Shown here: piece after piece, positions 54,101-63,598 of the stretch
Position numbering within the stretch: the first letter of the stretch is position 1
Layout of the letters: each line of letters starts with the position of its first letter
Origin: Wickerhamiella versatilis
Taxonomy: Eukaryota
DNA: 64,000 nt
Direction: 5' to 3'
Assembly: GCA_030867685.1 (NCBI GenBank)
Contig: JAQOWU010000007.1
Location: forward strand, 744,001-808,000
Position numbers and translations under genes: made by a program
Notes under the pieces: model-generated
Seen by the model: only the letters and a program-made list of their open reading frames with translations
Databases searched by the model: none
Told to the model about the DNA's origin: nothing

Positions 54101-55797
54101 GACAAGCCTCCGCAGCTGGGTTGGCTGAACTGGTTATCTCTCAACCCTACGATTCCATGGAACCCTATCAAGAACGGCTTTGGGAACTTGCGGTTCGTTC
54201 CGTGGACGATATCAAAGAAAGTGTACGTGGGGCTGGGACAGAGTTAACCCAAGCACTGGCAAGTTCGATTGTACGAAGACTGGAGGGTTCTAAGCCCGTC
54301 AATTTAGAAGTTGTTATTTCATTCCTACTAGGTACCAAGGGACTCCAAAGTCAGGCTGATGAAGTGCGGGAATTCTCGTTGACTACGTTAACCAAGATAA
54401 TCCGATCTTGTAGCGACTCCTTTGAACCCTACGCTCTGAGAGTTTTGGAGGAGTTAGGTTACTCCTTGAGCTCCTTAGAGCCGCAAGCAATGAACTATCT
54501 AGCATTACATGCTTCAGATGCTGTGGATGCTTCGCGAGCAGCAACTTTGACTTCGTCGCCTGTAATGGATTCCTTGCAATCTATTGTAGAACGGCTGCCG
54601 ATCCATTTGATGACGACTCTGATTGAAGAAGTTCTTCCTCGTCTCGTTAAGCAAGCTGTGGGTGTGCCTTCGAACCTAGCTGCTGCGCGACTAACAATTC
54701 TTGCTTGTTTACGATACACTGAAAGCCCTAGTTTCTCATCATTGATGCAAGCTTGTCTTTCTAGGCTCCAGAATCACAACGCCACGGTTGCTCAAGCTTA
54801 TGCTGGTGCCATAGGATACGTTTCTCGGCATTGCTCAGTCTCCGATAATGCAAAATTAGGCGAGAAGATTCGCACTCTGTACCTCACGGAGGAAGGACCT
54901 CATTTGGCGGCTGCCCTTGCCGCTAAGTCAGTAGCCAATGTTGCCACTGATCAATATTATGCTGAGGGTATAATACCACTTGCTGCAGTAGGGCGTTTTG
55001 ACGAAGATGATGCGGTCGCCCAAGGATGGAATGATGTTTGGAGCTCCTCGCCAGGGGCTCTTAGGCTCTTTAGAGATGAAATTGTTTCTCTGACACTCCC
55101 ACTGCTAACTGTATCGTCTTATGCTACAAGAAGAGCTGCAGCTAGGGCTATCTCAGATGTCGCATCGTTAAAATCTGATTTTACTCTATTGACCGGTCTC
55201 GCCGCGGCTCTAGATGGCCGCGCATGGAGTGGAAAGCATTTAGTATTCCATGCATTTAGTCTGGCAGCGATTGCTACCGAAACTGAGGAATCATCGCCAG
55301 TTGTTTTACCACGGGCCTTAAGCGAAATCCGAAGACGTCGAATCGAATATAAATTACTTATATTGCCCGATGTGGGGTCGATACTTTCAGACTACCACAA
55401 TGAGGAGCTTGCTGTAGAGTTTTTCAGTCAAGCCTCTGAATTGCTTGACGATGAAACTGTCGCCGAAGATTCGAAGGTCCAACTTTTGTCCAGTGCTGAG
55501 AACATAAAAAATTACGAACAACGTTCTGCATCTTTGATAAGATTTCCAACTTGGCAGTTACGTGTGGCTTCGTGCAATCTTCTGGCTGCTCTTGGTCGAC
55601 GGAATTTCTTCAGTCAACAGTGCTGGAAGGACATTTGCACGTATTGTGCGCAAGACAACGGACACGAAATTGTTAGACTGGCTTGGGCACGCTGCGCGGT
55701 CACGTTGAAACCCTTCGACGGAGTCAGCCAAGAAGCATATCAACTGGCACGAAATGAAGTTTCTTCTCAGGTAAAAGAAGAGCTCACAAAACTTTGA
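51109..55797 (+). CDS. ECM29: Proteasome adaptor Ecm29 (HEAT repeats)
   Basis: E.E.I.RVELRL..A..D..F...L..YL.P, STYKDVLSLASEVGD.SLVYKFM.LA, EWRTRQAS, DDIKESVR. ATG at 51109. Confidence 0.92.
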   Translation: MNEQEVIARVELRLLMANDDSAFSKSLSLYLVPLIQKLVTPHTDIVRRILDVLAHVSRRIDTSEKVELPTDKLYDLFYSKAGSHELNELRVLTQCLTFFGKALYRTPSPRNYVSGLVHGLVIRREATDFEKYAVAEQFSLFLWALRDWVRQEDLKPLALRDDERHFVVRYLTRFIMFDPAHYPPEAHPGMSKDDVSFFIPACSKVGLMLPRPDEREFAETRRAVVKLSTIEGWFLPLVAAAADRVHDIARVGISESLRMAPDWSTTQLHQLVALSMGANGARGASLELKAVILECLARAHASLDLLNPLIEHAFESGKEILRAPALSFLLHCDLGKNSDRFVGPIHQYIIDGGWPTHVATQPRRSQAYQVLGRLIANSTNQDISMINFLFRSLEQDSVEYAPAIQHALTEILQSCGTSTATVGLARNLMYYMLTADADRTKLVVVKWAVRTLPFDAADGRLICLLGLDRTRSDVIDEASRGLNPYSFSLLNTNADSSHIMFPQFLQMLRAIKSQWEIFTPITRDAAIRFLWGCLVPMPHTDNWKTSVETAVRYDPKIRHDLVENMGEHADEVAELCYSVINSTTEYFDAPVETWRLLLEHRKIPAVPEDLSSILENPVYARIGAETLAVLSPGCETVIPTGPGSALALAWAGSEMTGLVEYCVENRLTDALIAMGFGGRLPKTPEVEGILKTPIGIAALAMSCPDLRHNYLDSLLNHTEKSFDSLVATGEAISVIVSGWDSKWLQLNYSLLVSSREVSQSADLALVALKKISEAIRGSPVQRRLASVWLLCLIQYSSSILPLQSVQNGLMALLADQDEVTQESAARALAALYDSGSSGQKQSLVDSLVAGITGQGASAKTQTVTESTQLFPPGMLSTGDGSVSTYKDVLSLASEVGDTSLVYKFMALASNSALWSGRRGMAFSLNAILSRAELPAETQSRLIPKLFRFLHDPSENARRAMTQIWLALVKEPRLAITENLSAILAELFAGVVDREWRTRQASAAGLAELVISQPYDSMEPYQERLWELAVRSVDDIKESVRGAGTELTQALASSIVRRLEGSKPVNLEVVISFLLGTKGLQSQADEVREFSLTTLTKIIRSCSDSFEPYALRVLEELGYSLSSLEPQAMNYLALHASDAVDASRAATLTSSPVMDSLQSIVERLPIHLMTTLIEEVLPRLVKQAVGVPSNLAAARLTILACLRYTESPSFSSLMQACLSRLQNHNATVAQAYAGAIGYVSRHCSVSDNAKLGEKIRTLYLTEEGPHLAAALAAKSVANVATDQYYAEGIIPLAAVGRFDEDDAVAQGWNDVWSSSPGALRLFRDEIVSLTLPLLTVSSYATRRAAARAISDVASLKSDFTLLTGLAAALDGRAWSGKHLVFHAFSLAAIATETEESSPVVLPRALSEIRRRRIEYKLLILPDVGSILSDYHNEELAVEFFSQASELLDDETVAEDSKVQLLSSAENIKNYEQRSASLIRFPTWQLRVASCNLLAALGRRNFFSQQCWKDICTYCAQDNGHEIVRLAWARCAVTLKPFDGVSQEAYQLARNEVSSQVKEELTKL

Positions 55798-56027
55798 ATG
55801 TTCAAAATGGTTAGGCTATGAACCCGAGTAAGTAACCGGAAAAAAAAGAATATTTTAATTTCTGTCTAAATATAACATTTAGTACCACTGTAATTTCAAA
55901 AGAATCATAAGCAGTAAAACTTTCTTTGCAGGTGGCCGATCTTAGCTATCTTGCACGCTCTCGGCTACTTTCCCCATCTAGCTACCTTTGATTTGTCAGC
56001 GAACGAAGCTAGCCGTACCACTGGGCT

Positions 56028-59000
56028 ATGTCGAGCGAATCCATGGTCCTTGTGACCATTTTTTCGGCGTTGCGCAGCCCTGACAAACTCAAGAAGCTTC
56101 AGGGTGCACGGGAGCTTCGGGATACGGTCTCTTCAGTCTCGAGAGAAAGCCCAAAGAACTCTACACGGTTGAATCAAGATGTTAACAAGCACATCTTTGA
56201 ACTCATCCGATCCCCGGATGCAGGCCAGCGTCTCGGAGGAATCCTAGCAATTGATCAACTCATACAATGTGATCCAGCAGGGGATAATTCTGATTTTAAC
56301 GCAACGAGGTTTGCTCATTATTTAAGACAAGTCTTGTTGACTCCAGATATTGAAGTCATCAAAGCTGCTGCAAGTGCGATTGGTCGTCTAACAAAGTCTG
56401 GCTCGCTTGCAGGTGACCTTGTAGAGTATGAGGTTAAGAGATGCGTAGAATGGTTGACACTGGACCGGCAAGAAATTAGGCGGCACGCGGCCGCATTAGA
56501 GCTCAAAGCAATCGCTCTCAACTCTCCAACCCTGATATTTACTTTCATGACAAGTATTATTGAGGCGCTTTGGTTCGGTATCCGTGACCAGAAGCTGGCT
56601 ATTCGCCAAGATTCCGTGAAGGCACTCGGCGTATGTCTTGAGATAGTTGTTCGTCGTGATAAAGCCATTCAGGACCAAATATTTAGTTTTGTATGGCGGG
56701 AAGCTACTTTTGGTGTCACAGCTGGTCAGGTGGAGTCTATGCAGGGCTCCTTGCTTGTCTTCAGAGAACTTGTCAGGCATGCAGGTAACTTTATGCGAGG
56801 GGGACAGCGTTATTCTGAATCAATGTCGTGGTATCTGAAGCTCAGAGATCACAAAGATCATCAAATTCGTCGAACGGTTGTCGAGGCCATGCCTGACTTT
56901 GCTAGCTATAATTCTTATGAGTTCGGTAAGCATTACCTGGGCGATGTAATGCAACACATGTCATTGCTGCTACAGCGAGAAAAGGGCCCTGATAAAGCCA
57001 TAGTTTTCTTGGCTGTGGGGCAAATATCGCTTAGTGTGAAAGCTGTAATGGCACCGTATCTTGATATCATTCTGGCGCAAATTAAGGAGACATTAAGTGC
57101 AAAGACCCGAGTGAGAAGGGAGCAGGAATCAGCAATATTTCGCTGTTTAGGAATGTTTGCCGCTGCTTTCGGTCAGGCTTTCACAAAGCATTTAGACCGC
57201 TCATTGCTTGCATTGATTTTCAACTGTGGTTTCACAAAAGCCTTATACGAATGTCTCAGTTCTTTGTTTGTGAACATTCCTGCACTGCGTGAGGATATAA
57301 GTGATTGGTTGCTCGATATTATCAGTCACGGCCTATGTGGTTACTCTTTTAGACCACCCGGTGGGCCCAGTGAACAGCCGCAACGAGTCTCGGAGACAAT
57401 TGCTCATGAATATAGAGAAACAATGCTTGCAAAAATGCCTGGAGAGGCAGACGATCAGGGCTTGGTAACGGCATTCCTTACTATATTGATTGAGTTCGAT
57501 TTCCAAAACCGAATTCTCGCGCCGTTTTGCCGAGATTGTGTCATGAAGTACACTGATAACCCTGATCCGTCTATCAGAAAAGCTGCGGCTTTGAGTTGTG
57601 CTGCTGTATTTGTTAGGGAACCTGTATGCCAGTTGACAAGCACTCATTCGCTAGAAATGGTTCAACAAGTTCTACAAAGACTTTTGATAATCGGTGTGAC
57701 TGATTCGCAGTATGACATACGACTCGACGTTCTACGAGCCCTCGATCCAAAAGAAGATGCACACCTAAGTCAGCCTGAAAACACTCGGCTTTTATTTATG
57801 GCGATAAATGATGAGGTCTTTGCTATCCGTCAAGTAGCCCTTGGAATACTCGGGAGGTTATCCAGAGTTAACCCCGCATATGTTGTTCCACAACTACGAA
57901 AGACTATGATAGACTTATTGACTGATCTTGAGTATTCCTCTAACACACGAGGAAAAGAGGAAAGTGCACGCTTGCTGGGTGTTCTAATGAAGGAATCAAG
58001 TAATTTAGTGCAACCTTATGTGGATCCTATTCTGAAGGTGTTGGTTCCAACGGCACGAAGTGCAGTTAGTACAGTATCTGCAAGTGTCATGGATGCTGCT
58101 GGTGATCTTTGTAATGCTGCTAGTGGTAAGTTGATGCTGAAACACATTCCTGAGCTGATGCCAATAATTGTAGATATGTTGCAAGACCAGGCATCAGTTG
58201 TGCGTCGTGATACTGCTTTACAGACTCTTGGAAAATTGGCATCCAATTGCGAATACGTGATTGACCCATACTACCAATATCCAAACCTACTCTCTGTCTT
58301 GATTAAAATATTGGTCTCGGACCCTAATCAGACAATTCAACGGGAGACGGTGAGATTGCTCGGAATTCTTGGTGCACTGGATCCGTACAAGGCTCGTGAT
58401 CTTTCTGCTGATGATGTTGATGATGGACAGCAGGCTGTTCCTATAGATGTCAAGATTGTCCTCAAGGGTACACCACCATCCTCTGAAGATTATAATCCTA
58501 CTGTTGTAGTTTCAAGTCTTATGGCTCTGCTAAAGGATCCAGCTATGGCTGCCAATCATACGCGTATTGTTCAAGCCATTCTGCGTATATTTGAGAGCCT
58601 TGGTTTGAAGTGTGTCTTGTTCCTTGATGAGGTGATTCCTGGTCTCATTCAAAGCATGAATCCAGACTCCCTTCCTATGGTCGATCTTCTTTTCCGCCAA
58701 ATTTCCACATTAACTTCCGTGGTTAAACAACATATCAGGCCTTTTCTGAATCAAATCTTTGGAGTTGCCAACACATACTTCAAGTATACTGAGTTGCACC
58801 CGGCGATTCTGACTATGATTGAAAGCGTAGCTAAGGCCCTCGATGGGGAATTCAAAATGTACATGCCAAGTTTTCTACCATCTATAATCGGTATATTACA
58901 AAGTGACGATTCAGACTCAATTCCTAGTAAGATCCGGGTTCTTGATTCCCTGTATACTTTTGGCTCCAACCTTGAGGAATATTTGCACCTTATCGTGCCC

Positions 59001-62000
59001 AATGTTGTTGGTTTGTTCTATTTTTCTCCTTTGAATCTGAGGCTTGCTGCTTTACGGTGTATTTCTGATCTATGCCAGCTCCTAGATTTGAGTGACATGA
59101 CATCTCGTATTGTTCATCCTTTGATTAGAATTCTCAACAACAGCAACGAAGACCAGGTCCGCCAGACTTGTATTGAGACTTTAAGTAACGTTGCCTACCA
59201 ACTTGGTTCGGATTATGCCGTCTTCATCGAAAGCGTGCACCCGTCAATACAACGAGTACGTGGACAACTGAATGTGGCAACATACGAAAAAATTGTTTCT
59301 CGTATCCTTAAGAGTGAACCACTTCCACCGCACTTGAACCCGTACACGCCACATAAGAATACTGGTCCTGAGGCCACTCCAAGTGAACAGAATGCGCGTT
59401 TGCAAATGAACCAAAACCTGCTGAAGATAACTTGGGATACAACAGGCCGTTCGACACGGGACGATTGGTCTGAGTGGTTCAGACGGCTTTCTGTCGAATT
59501 TTTAAAGCAAAGCCCATCACCAGCAATGCGTGCTTGTGCGGATATAGCCGTTGTTTCTCCCACGTTGGCTCGCGATCTATTCAACCCTAGCTTTTATACT
59601 GTGTGGACGCAAATTTTCGACGAGTACAAGGAAGATCTTCTGCGTAATGTGCAAACTGCTATGGCTTCGCAAAATATTCCACCAGAAGTTTTGCAAACAC
59701 TTTTGACTCTTGCTGAATTCATGGAGAGGGATGATAAGCCCTTCCCTCTGCCTGCCAGGATACTTGCCGGATATGCTCAAAAGTGTCATGCGTATGCGAA
59801 GGCTCTCCATTACAAGGAGATGGAATTCATAAGCGATCCGTCCTCAGCCACCATTGAATCATTGATCAGTATCAACAACCAGTTGCAACAGTCAGATGCT
59901 GCCATCGGTATTTTGAAGCATGCTCAGCACCATCACTCTCTCCAGTTGAAGGAGACATGGTACGAGAAACTTCAAAGGTGGGAAGAAGCCTTAGCAGCTT
60001 ACCGTGAACGTGAGAAATATGAGCCGGACTCAATGGAGGTTGTGATGGGTAAGATGAGATGTCTTCATGCCTTGGGCGAGTGGGACCAATTAGCGAATAT
60101 TGCTAAGGATAAATGGCGCAGCTCTTCGATGGAGGCAAGGCGCGTCGTGGCACCGTTAGCTGCTGCTGCTGCTTGGGGCTTAGGTGAGTGGGAACAAATG
60201 GATACGTATGTTGCAGTAATAAAGGCGGATTCTCCGGATAGGTCGTTTTTCAACTCCATCTTGTCTCTGCATCGCGCTGACGTTGAACAAACCGCTAAGC
60301 AGATTCAAAGGGCTCGCGACCAGTTAATTCCAGAGCTAACTGCTCTGGTAAGTGAGAGTTACAACCGTGCATATGGTGTGATAGTCCGTGTTCAAATGCT
60401 CGCTGAGCTCGAGGAAATTATGCGCTACAAAATGCTGCCCGAGTCTGCGCGGGATGAACGTGCAAACCTCCGCAGGACGTGGGAAAAGCGTTTAATGGGG
60501 TGCCAGCACAATGTTGATATTTGGCAGCGTATCCTGAACATTCGAACTTTGGTATTGGAGCCTAAACAAAATATGAAAACATGGATCAAATTTGCTAACT
60601 TGTGTCGCAAAAGCAATCGTATCGGTCTTGCCGAGAAATCTTTGAATATGCTGCTTGATCACGACCAGCATGCCACGCGGGCTCCGCCTCAGGTTGTATA
60701 CGCCCAATTGAAGTTCATGTGGGCCACAGGCAACCAGCAAGATGCTCTGCGGTATCTAGTGGACTTCACCACACGTATGTCGCATGACCTTAATTTAAGC
60801 GGCTCGGATGACCTTATTTCGCAACCTTTGCCTTGGGAAGCACCTGGAAGTGCACCTGAGATCAAGGATTATACGAAATTGCTTGCAAGATGTTTCTTAA
60901 AGCAGGGAGAGTGGCAAATTGCTTTGAACGCCCGATGGAAAGCAGAGCCAGAGCGCAAGGCCTCGATTATGGGCTCATATCTGCTGGCAACGCATTTCGA
61001 TAGGGCTTGGTATAAAGCATGGCATAACTGGGCCATCGCAAACTTTGAGGTTGTATCCGTCTATGAAAAGCAGCGGCTCAATGATGAGCAGATCGCGGCG
61101 TATGTGATCCCGGCAATAAGGGGATTCTTCCATTCAATTACGCTGGCCAACAAGTCCGCTCTGCAGGATACATTGCGGTTGTTGACGTTGTGGTTCAAGT
61201 ATGGTGGCACAAATGAAACAGCGAAGGCTATTCAGGATGGCTTCCAAATGGTTCAAATTGAGAACTGGCTGGAAGTTGTACCCCAGTTAATCAGTCGGAT
61301 ACATCAGACAAACCCTGTGGTACGCGAATCTTTGCATGGTCTTCTCACAGACCTTGGTAAAAAGCACCCGCAAGCATTGGTTTACCCACTACAGGTTTCC
61401 ATAAAGAGTGAAAACGAGTTCCGCAAGCATGCTGCACAGCGTATCCTTGACCAAATGAAACTCTACTCTGCACGAAGTTCGGTGCTTGTTGAGCAAGCAG
61501 AACTCGTAAGCCATGAGCTTATCCGTGTTGCAGTGCTGTGGGATGAGCAGTGGTATGAGGGTCTAGAGGATGCTTCGCGTTGTTACTTCGTGGACAAGAA
61601 CATTCCAAAAATGTTCACTATTCTAGATAGCTTACATCAAACGTTGGCAGACGGTCCCACCACTCTACGTGAAATGAGTTTCCAGAACTTATTCGGGCGC
61701 GACCTAAACGAGGCTTGGGAGTGGGACCAAACATACAAGCGTACGCATGATGAGGCTCATCTCAACCAGGCGTGGGATTTATACTATAACGTGTTCAGGC
61801 GGCTCACGCGACAACTCACCCAATCTGCACGCCTGCCACTCGACCTTCAGTATGTTTCGCCAAGGCTGCAACAAGCACGCAACCTGCGGCTTGTGGTGCC
61901 AGGGACATATGAGCCCGGAAAGCCAGAGGTTACTATCACAAGCTTTGACCCGACATTTTACTTCATTAGTTCCAAGCAGTGGCCGCGTCGGTTCAAAATT

Positions 62001-63038
62001 CATGGCTCTGATGGTAAGGACTATCAATATCTGCTCAAGGGTCATGAAGATCTGCGTCAAGATTCTCTTGTTATGCAGCTATTTGGCTTGGTCAACACGC
62101 TTCTTGCCTCGAATCCTGAATGCTTTAAGCGCCATCTTGCCATCCGGCGGTACGCTGTCATTCCTTTGTCTCCAAAAGCTGGGTTACTTGGCTGGGTCCA
62201 GAACTCAGACACCCTTAATTATTTGATCAAGGAGTACAGAGAAGGACGCTCTCTCACATCCATCGAAACTCGAATTATGATGCAGATGGCTCAAGATTAT
62301 GACAGCCTCACACATTTGCAGAAAATTGAGGTTTTCACATACGCCTTGGATAACACAAAGGGACAGGACCTATACCGCATTCTTTGGCTCAAATCTCGTT
62401 CTTCCGAGGCTTGGCTGAACCGTCGTACCGAATATACTCGCTCACTTGCGGTAATGTCTATGGTGGGTTACATCCTTGGTTTGGGAGATCGGCATCCCTC
62501 CAATCTGATGCTGGATCGAATTACAGGAACTATAGTCCACATCGATTTCGGTGATTGTTTTGAGGCCGCAATATTGCGAGAGAAATTCCCAGAGAAAGTG
62601 CCGTTCCGGTTGACCCGAATGTTAACATACGCTATGGAGGTAAGTGGCGTTGAGGGCTCGTTCCGCATTACCTCTGAACATGTTATGTCTCTCCTTCGGG
62701 CAAATTCTGAGTCTCTAATGGCTATCCTCGAGGCTTTTGCAAATGACCCACTCATAAATTGGGGATTTGATATTCCTCGTCGCAGTGATAACGATGACTC
62801 CCTTTCGCCTGCGCTTTTGGCCCAACCAGTGGGTACTTCCGAGGACCAAGGTGATGCTGAGCATCGGTCACTTCGTGCTCAGCTGGTGCTACACCGTATT
62901 AGCGACAAGCTTACAGGTAACGACATACGGCATCGCAAAAACCTCAATGTACCTGACCAGGTCGACTTACTTATTCAAGAGGCTACGAACATTGAGAACC
63001 TTTGCTTGCACTTTGTAGGCTGGTGTGCATTCTGGTAG
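56028..63038 (+). CDS. TOR: Target of rapamycin PIKK kinase
   Basis: HEAT and FAT regions, FRB (WYEGLEDASR), LLKGHEDLRQD, GLGDRHPSN, HIDFGDCFE, FATC GWCAFW. Confidence 0.97.
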   Translation: MSSESMVLVTIFSALRSPDKLKKLQGARELRDTVSSVSRESPKNSTRLNQDVNKHIFELIRSPDAGQRLGGILAIDQLIQCDPAGDNSDFNATRFAHYLRQVLLTPDIEVIKAAASAIGRLTKSGSLAGDLVEYEVKRCVEWLTLDRQEIRRHAAALELKAIALNSPTLIFTFMTSIIEALWFGIRDQKLAIRQDSVKALGVCLEIVVRRDKAIQDQIFSFVWREATFGVTAGQVESMQGSLLVFRELVRHAGNFMRGGQRYSESMSWYLKLRDHKDHQIRRTVVEAMPDFASYNSYEFGKHYLGDVMQHMSLLLQREKGPDKAIVFLAVGQISLSVKAVMAPYLDIILAQIKETLSAKTRVRREQESAIFRCLGMFAAAFGQAFTKHLDRSLLALIFNCGFTKALYECLSSLFVNIPALREDISDWLLDIISHGLCGYSFRPPGGPSEQPQRVSETIAHEYRETMLAKMPGEADDQGLVTAFLTILIEFDFQNRILAPFCRDCVMKYTDNPDPSIRKAAALSCAAVFVREPVCQLTSTHSLEMVQQVLQRLLIIGVTDSQYDIRLDVLRALDPKEDAHLSQPENTRLLFMAINDEVFAIRQVALGILGRLSRVNPAYVVPQLRKTMIDLLTDLEYSSNTRGKEESARLLGVLMKESSNLVQPYVDPILKVLVPTARSAVSTVSASVMDAAGDLCNAASGKLMLKHIPELMPIIVDMLQDQASVVRRDTALQTLGKLASNCEYVIDPYYQYPNLLSVLIKILVSDPNQTIQRETVRLLGILGALDPYKARDLSADDVDDGQQAVPIDVKIVLKGTPPSSEDYNPTVVVSSLMALLKDPAMAANHTRIVQAILRIFESLGLKCVLFLDEVIPGLIQSMNPDSLPMVDLLFRQISTLTSVVKQHIRPFLNQIFGVANTYFKYTELHPAILTMIESVAKALDGEFKMYMPSFLPSIIGILQSDDSDSIPSKIRVLDSLYTFGSNLEEYLHLIVPNVVGLFYFSPLNLRLAALRCISDLCQLLDLSDMTSRIVHPLIRILNNSNEDQVRQTCIETLSNVAYQLGSDYAVFIESVHPSIQRVRGQLNVATYEKIVSRILKSEPLPPHLNPYTPHKNTGPEATPSEQNARLQMNQNLLKITWDTTGRSTRDDWSEWFRRLSVEFLKQSPSPAMRACADIAVVSPTLARDLFNPSFYTVWTQIFDEYKEDLLRNVQTAMASQNIPPEVLQTLLTLAEFMERDDKPFPLPARILAGYAQKCHAYAKALHYKEMEFISDPSSATIESLISINNQLQQSDAAIGILKHAQHHHSLQLKETWYEKLQRWEEALAAYREREKYEPDSMEVVMGKMRCLHALGEWDQLANIAKDKWRSSSMEARRVVAPLAAAAAWGLGEWEQMDTYVAVIKADSPDRSFFNSILSLHRADVEQTAKQIQRARDQLIPELTALVSESYNRAYGVIVRVQMLAELEEIMRYKMLPESARDERANLRRTWEKRLMGCQHNVDIWQRILNIRTLVLEPKQNMKTWIKFANLCRKSNRIGLAEKSLNMLLDHDQHATRAPPQVVYAQLKFMWATGNQQDALRYLVDFTTRMSHDLNLSGSDDLISQPLPWEAPGSAPEIKDYTKLLARCFLKQGEWQIALNARWKAEPERKASIMGSYLLATHFDRAWYKAWHNWAIANFEVVSVYEKQRLNDEQIAAYVIPAIRGFFHSITLANKSALQDTLRLLTLWFKYGGTNETAKAIQDGFQMVQIENWLEVVPQLISRIHQTNPVVRESLHGLLTDLGKKHPQALVYPLQVSIKSENEFRKHAAQRILDQMKLYSARSSVLVEQAELVSHELIRVAVLWDEQWYEGLEDASRCYFVDKNIPKMFTILDSLHQTLADGPTTLREMSFQNLFGRDLNEAWEWDQTYKRTHDEAHLNQAWDLYYNVFRRLTRQLTQSARLPLDLQYVSPRLQQARNLRLVVPGTYEPGKPEVTITSFDPTFYFISSKQWPRRFKIHGSDGKDYQYLLKGHEDLRQDSLVMQLFGLVNTLLASNPECFKRHLAIRRYAVIPLSPKAGLLGWVQNSDTLNYLIKEYREGRSLTSIETRIMMQMAQDYDSLTHLQKIEVFTYALDNTKGQDLYRILWLKSRSSEAWLNRRTEYTRSLAVMSMVGYILGLGDRHPSNLMLDRITGTIVHIDFGDCFEAAILREKFPEKVPFRLTRMLTYAMEVSGVEGSFRITSEHVMSLLRANSESLMAILEAFANDPLINWGFDIPRRSDNDDSLSPALLAQPVGTSEDQGDAEHRSLRAQLVLHRISDKLTGNDIRHRKNLNVPDQVDLLIQEATNIENLCLHFVGWCAFW

Positions 63039-63078
63039 AATGAATGGTATTTTAGTTATGGTTATGAAAGAAGTATGG

Positions 63079-63097
63079 TTATATATATATATATATA
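63079..63097. repeat. (TA)n microsatellite / likely poly(A) efficiency element between convergent TOR and COA3
   Basis: tatatatatatatatata run. Confidence 0.6.
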
Positions 63098-63232
63098 CTT
63101 GATCATCTTAAGAGCTCTCATATACATCTCATGAAATGTTCTTAAGATTACTCCAGCGTTAAAACCTATATACAGAGTATTCACGGCGAAGAGAGTGGAG
63201 ATATGCGTCAGATGTAGCCTCTAGTCAGCCAC

Positions 63233-63523
63233 TCAGCGTTGATCTAATCTTGCGCCGTGTTTCTTGCGGAGCTCTTCAAGCTCAGCCTCTGGGATATCAG
63301 GTATCCCAATGTCACCGAAGTCATCTGGCGTCAGAGCACGGTAAGTCCACCAGTAACAAAATCCGGCAAAAGTGGCGAACCCTGCACCAAGGAACATGTT
63401 ACGCACAAAGAACGGACGTCGTGCCCTAATTGCTGCTGCGGTCATCGTTCCATCTGAATTACGATACTTGCCACGAAGATTCACGGTCCTTACGCCTGAT
63501 GGCCGAACTGGTGAATTGGCCAT
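63233..63523 (-). CDS. COA3: Cytochrome c oxidase assembly factor 3
   Basis: MT.A..RARRPFFVRN, TM helix, DDF.DI.IP.I...ELE.L.K. Likely start is ATG 63523. Confidence 0.85.
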   Translation of the reverse strand: MANSPVRPSGVRTVNLRGKYRNSDGTMTAAAIRARRPFFVRNMFLGAGFATFAGFCYWWTYRALTPDDFGDIGIPDIPEAELEELRKKHGARLDQR

Positions 63524-63598
63524 CTGAAAATTCTTCTGACTAATCGCAGACGACGACCGCGACGTTACGTTCATCAACCCGTTGAATCCCCGGGTCGA

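Noticed and set aside
3840-63543. Reading the ATG-proximal CTAAY motifs as branch points for widespread trans-splicing
   Set aside because: The motif occurs in both orientations, and VPS1, SHR3 and FAT1 have no AG between the motif and the ATG, so a double-stranded DNA site fits better.
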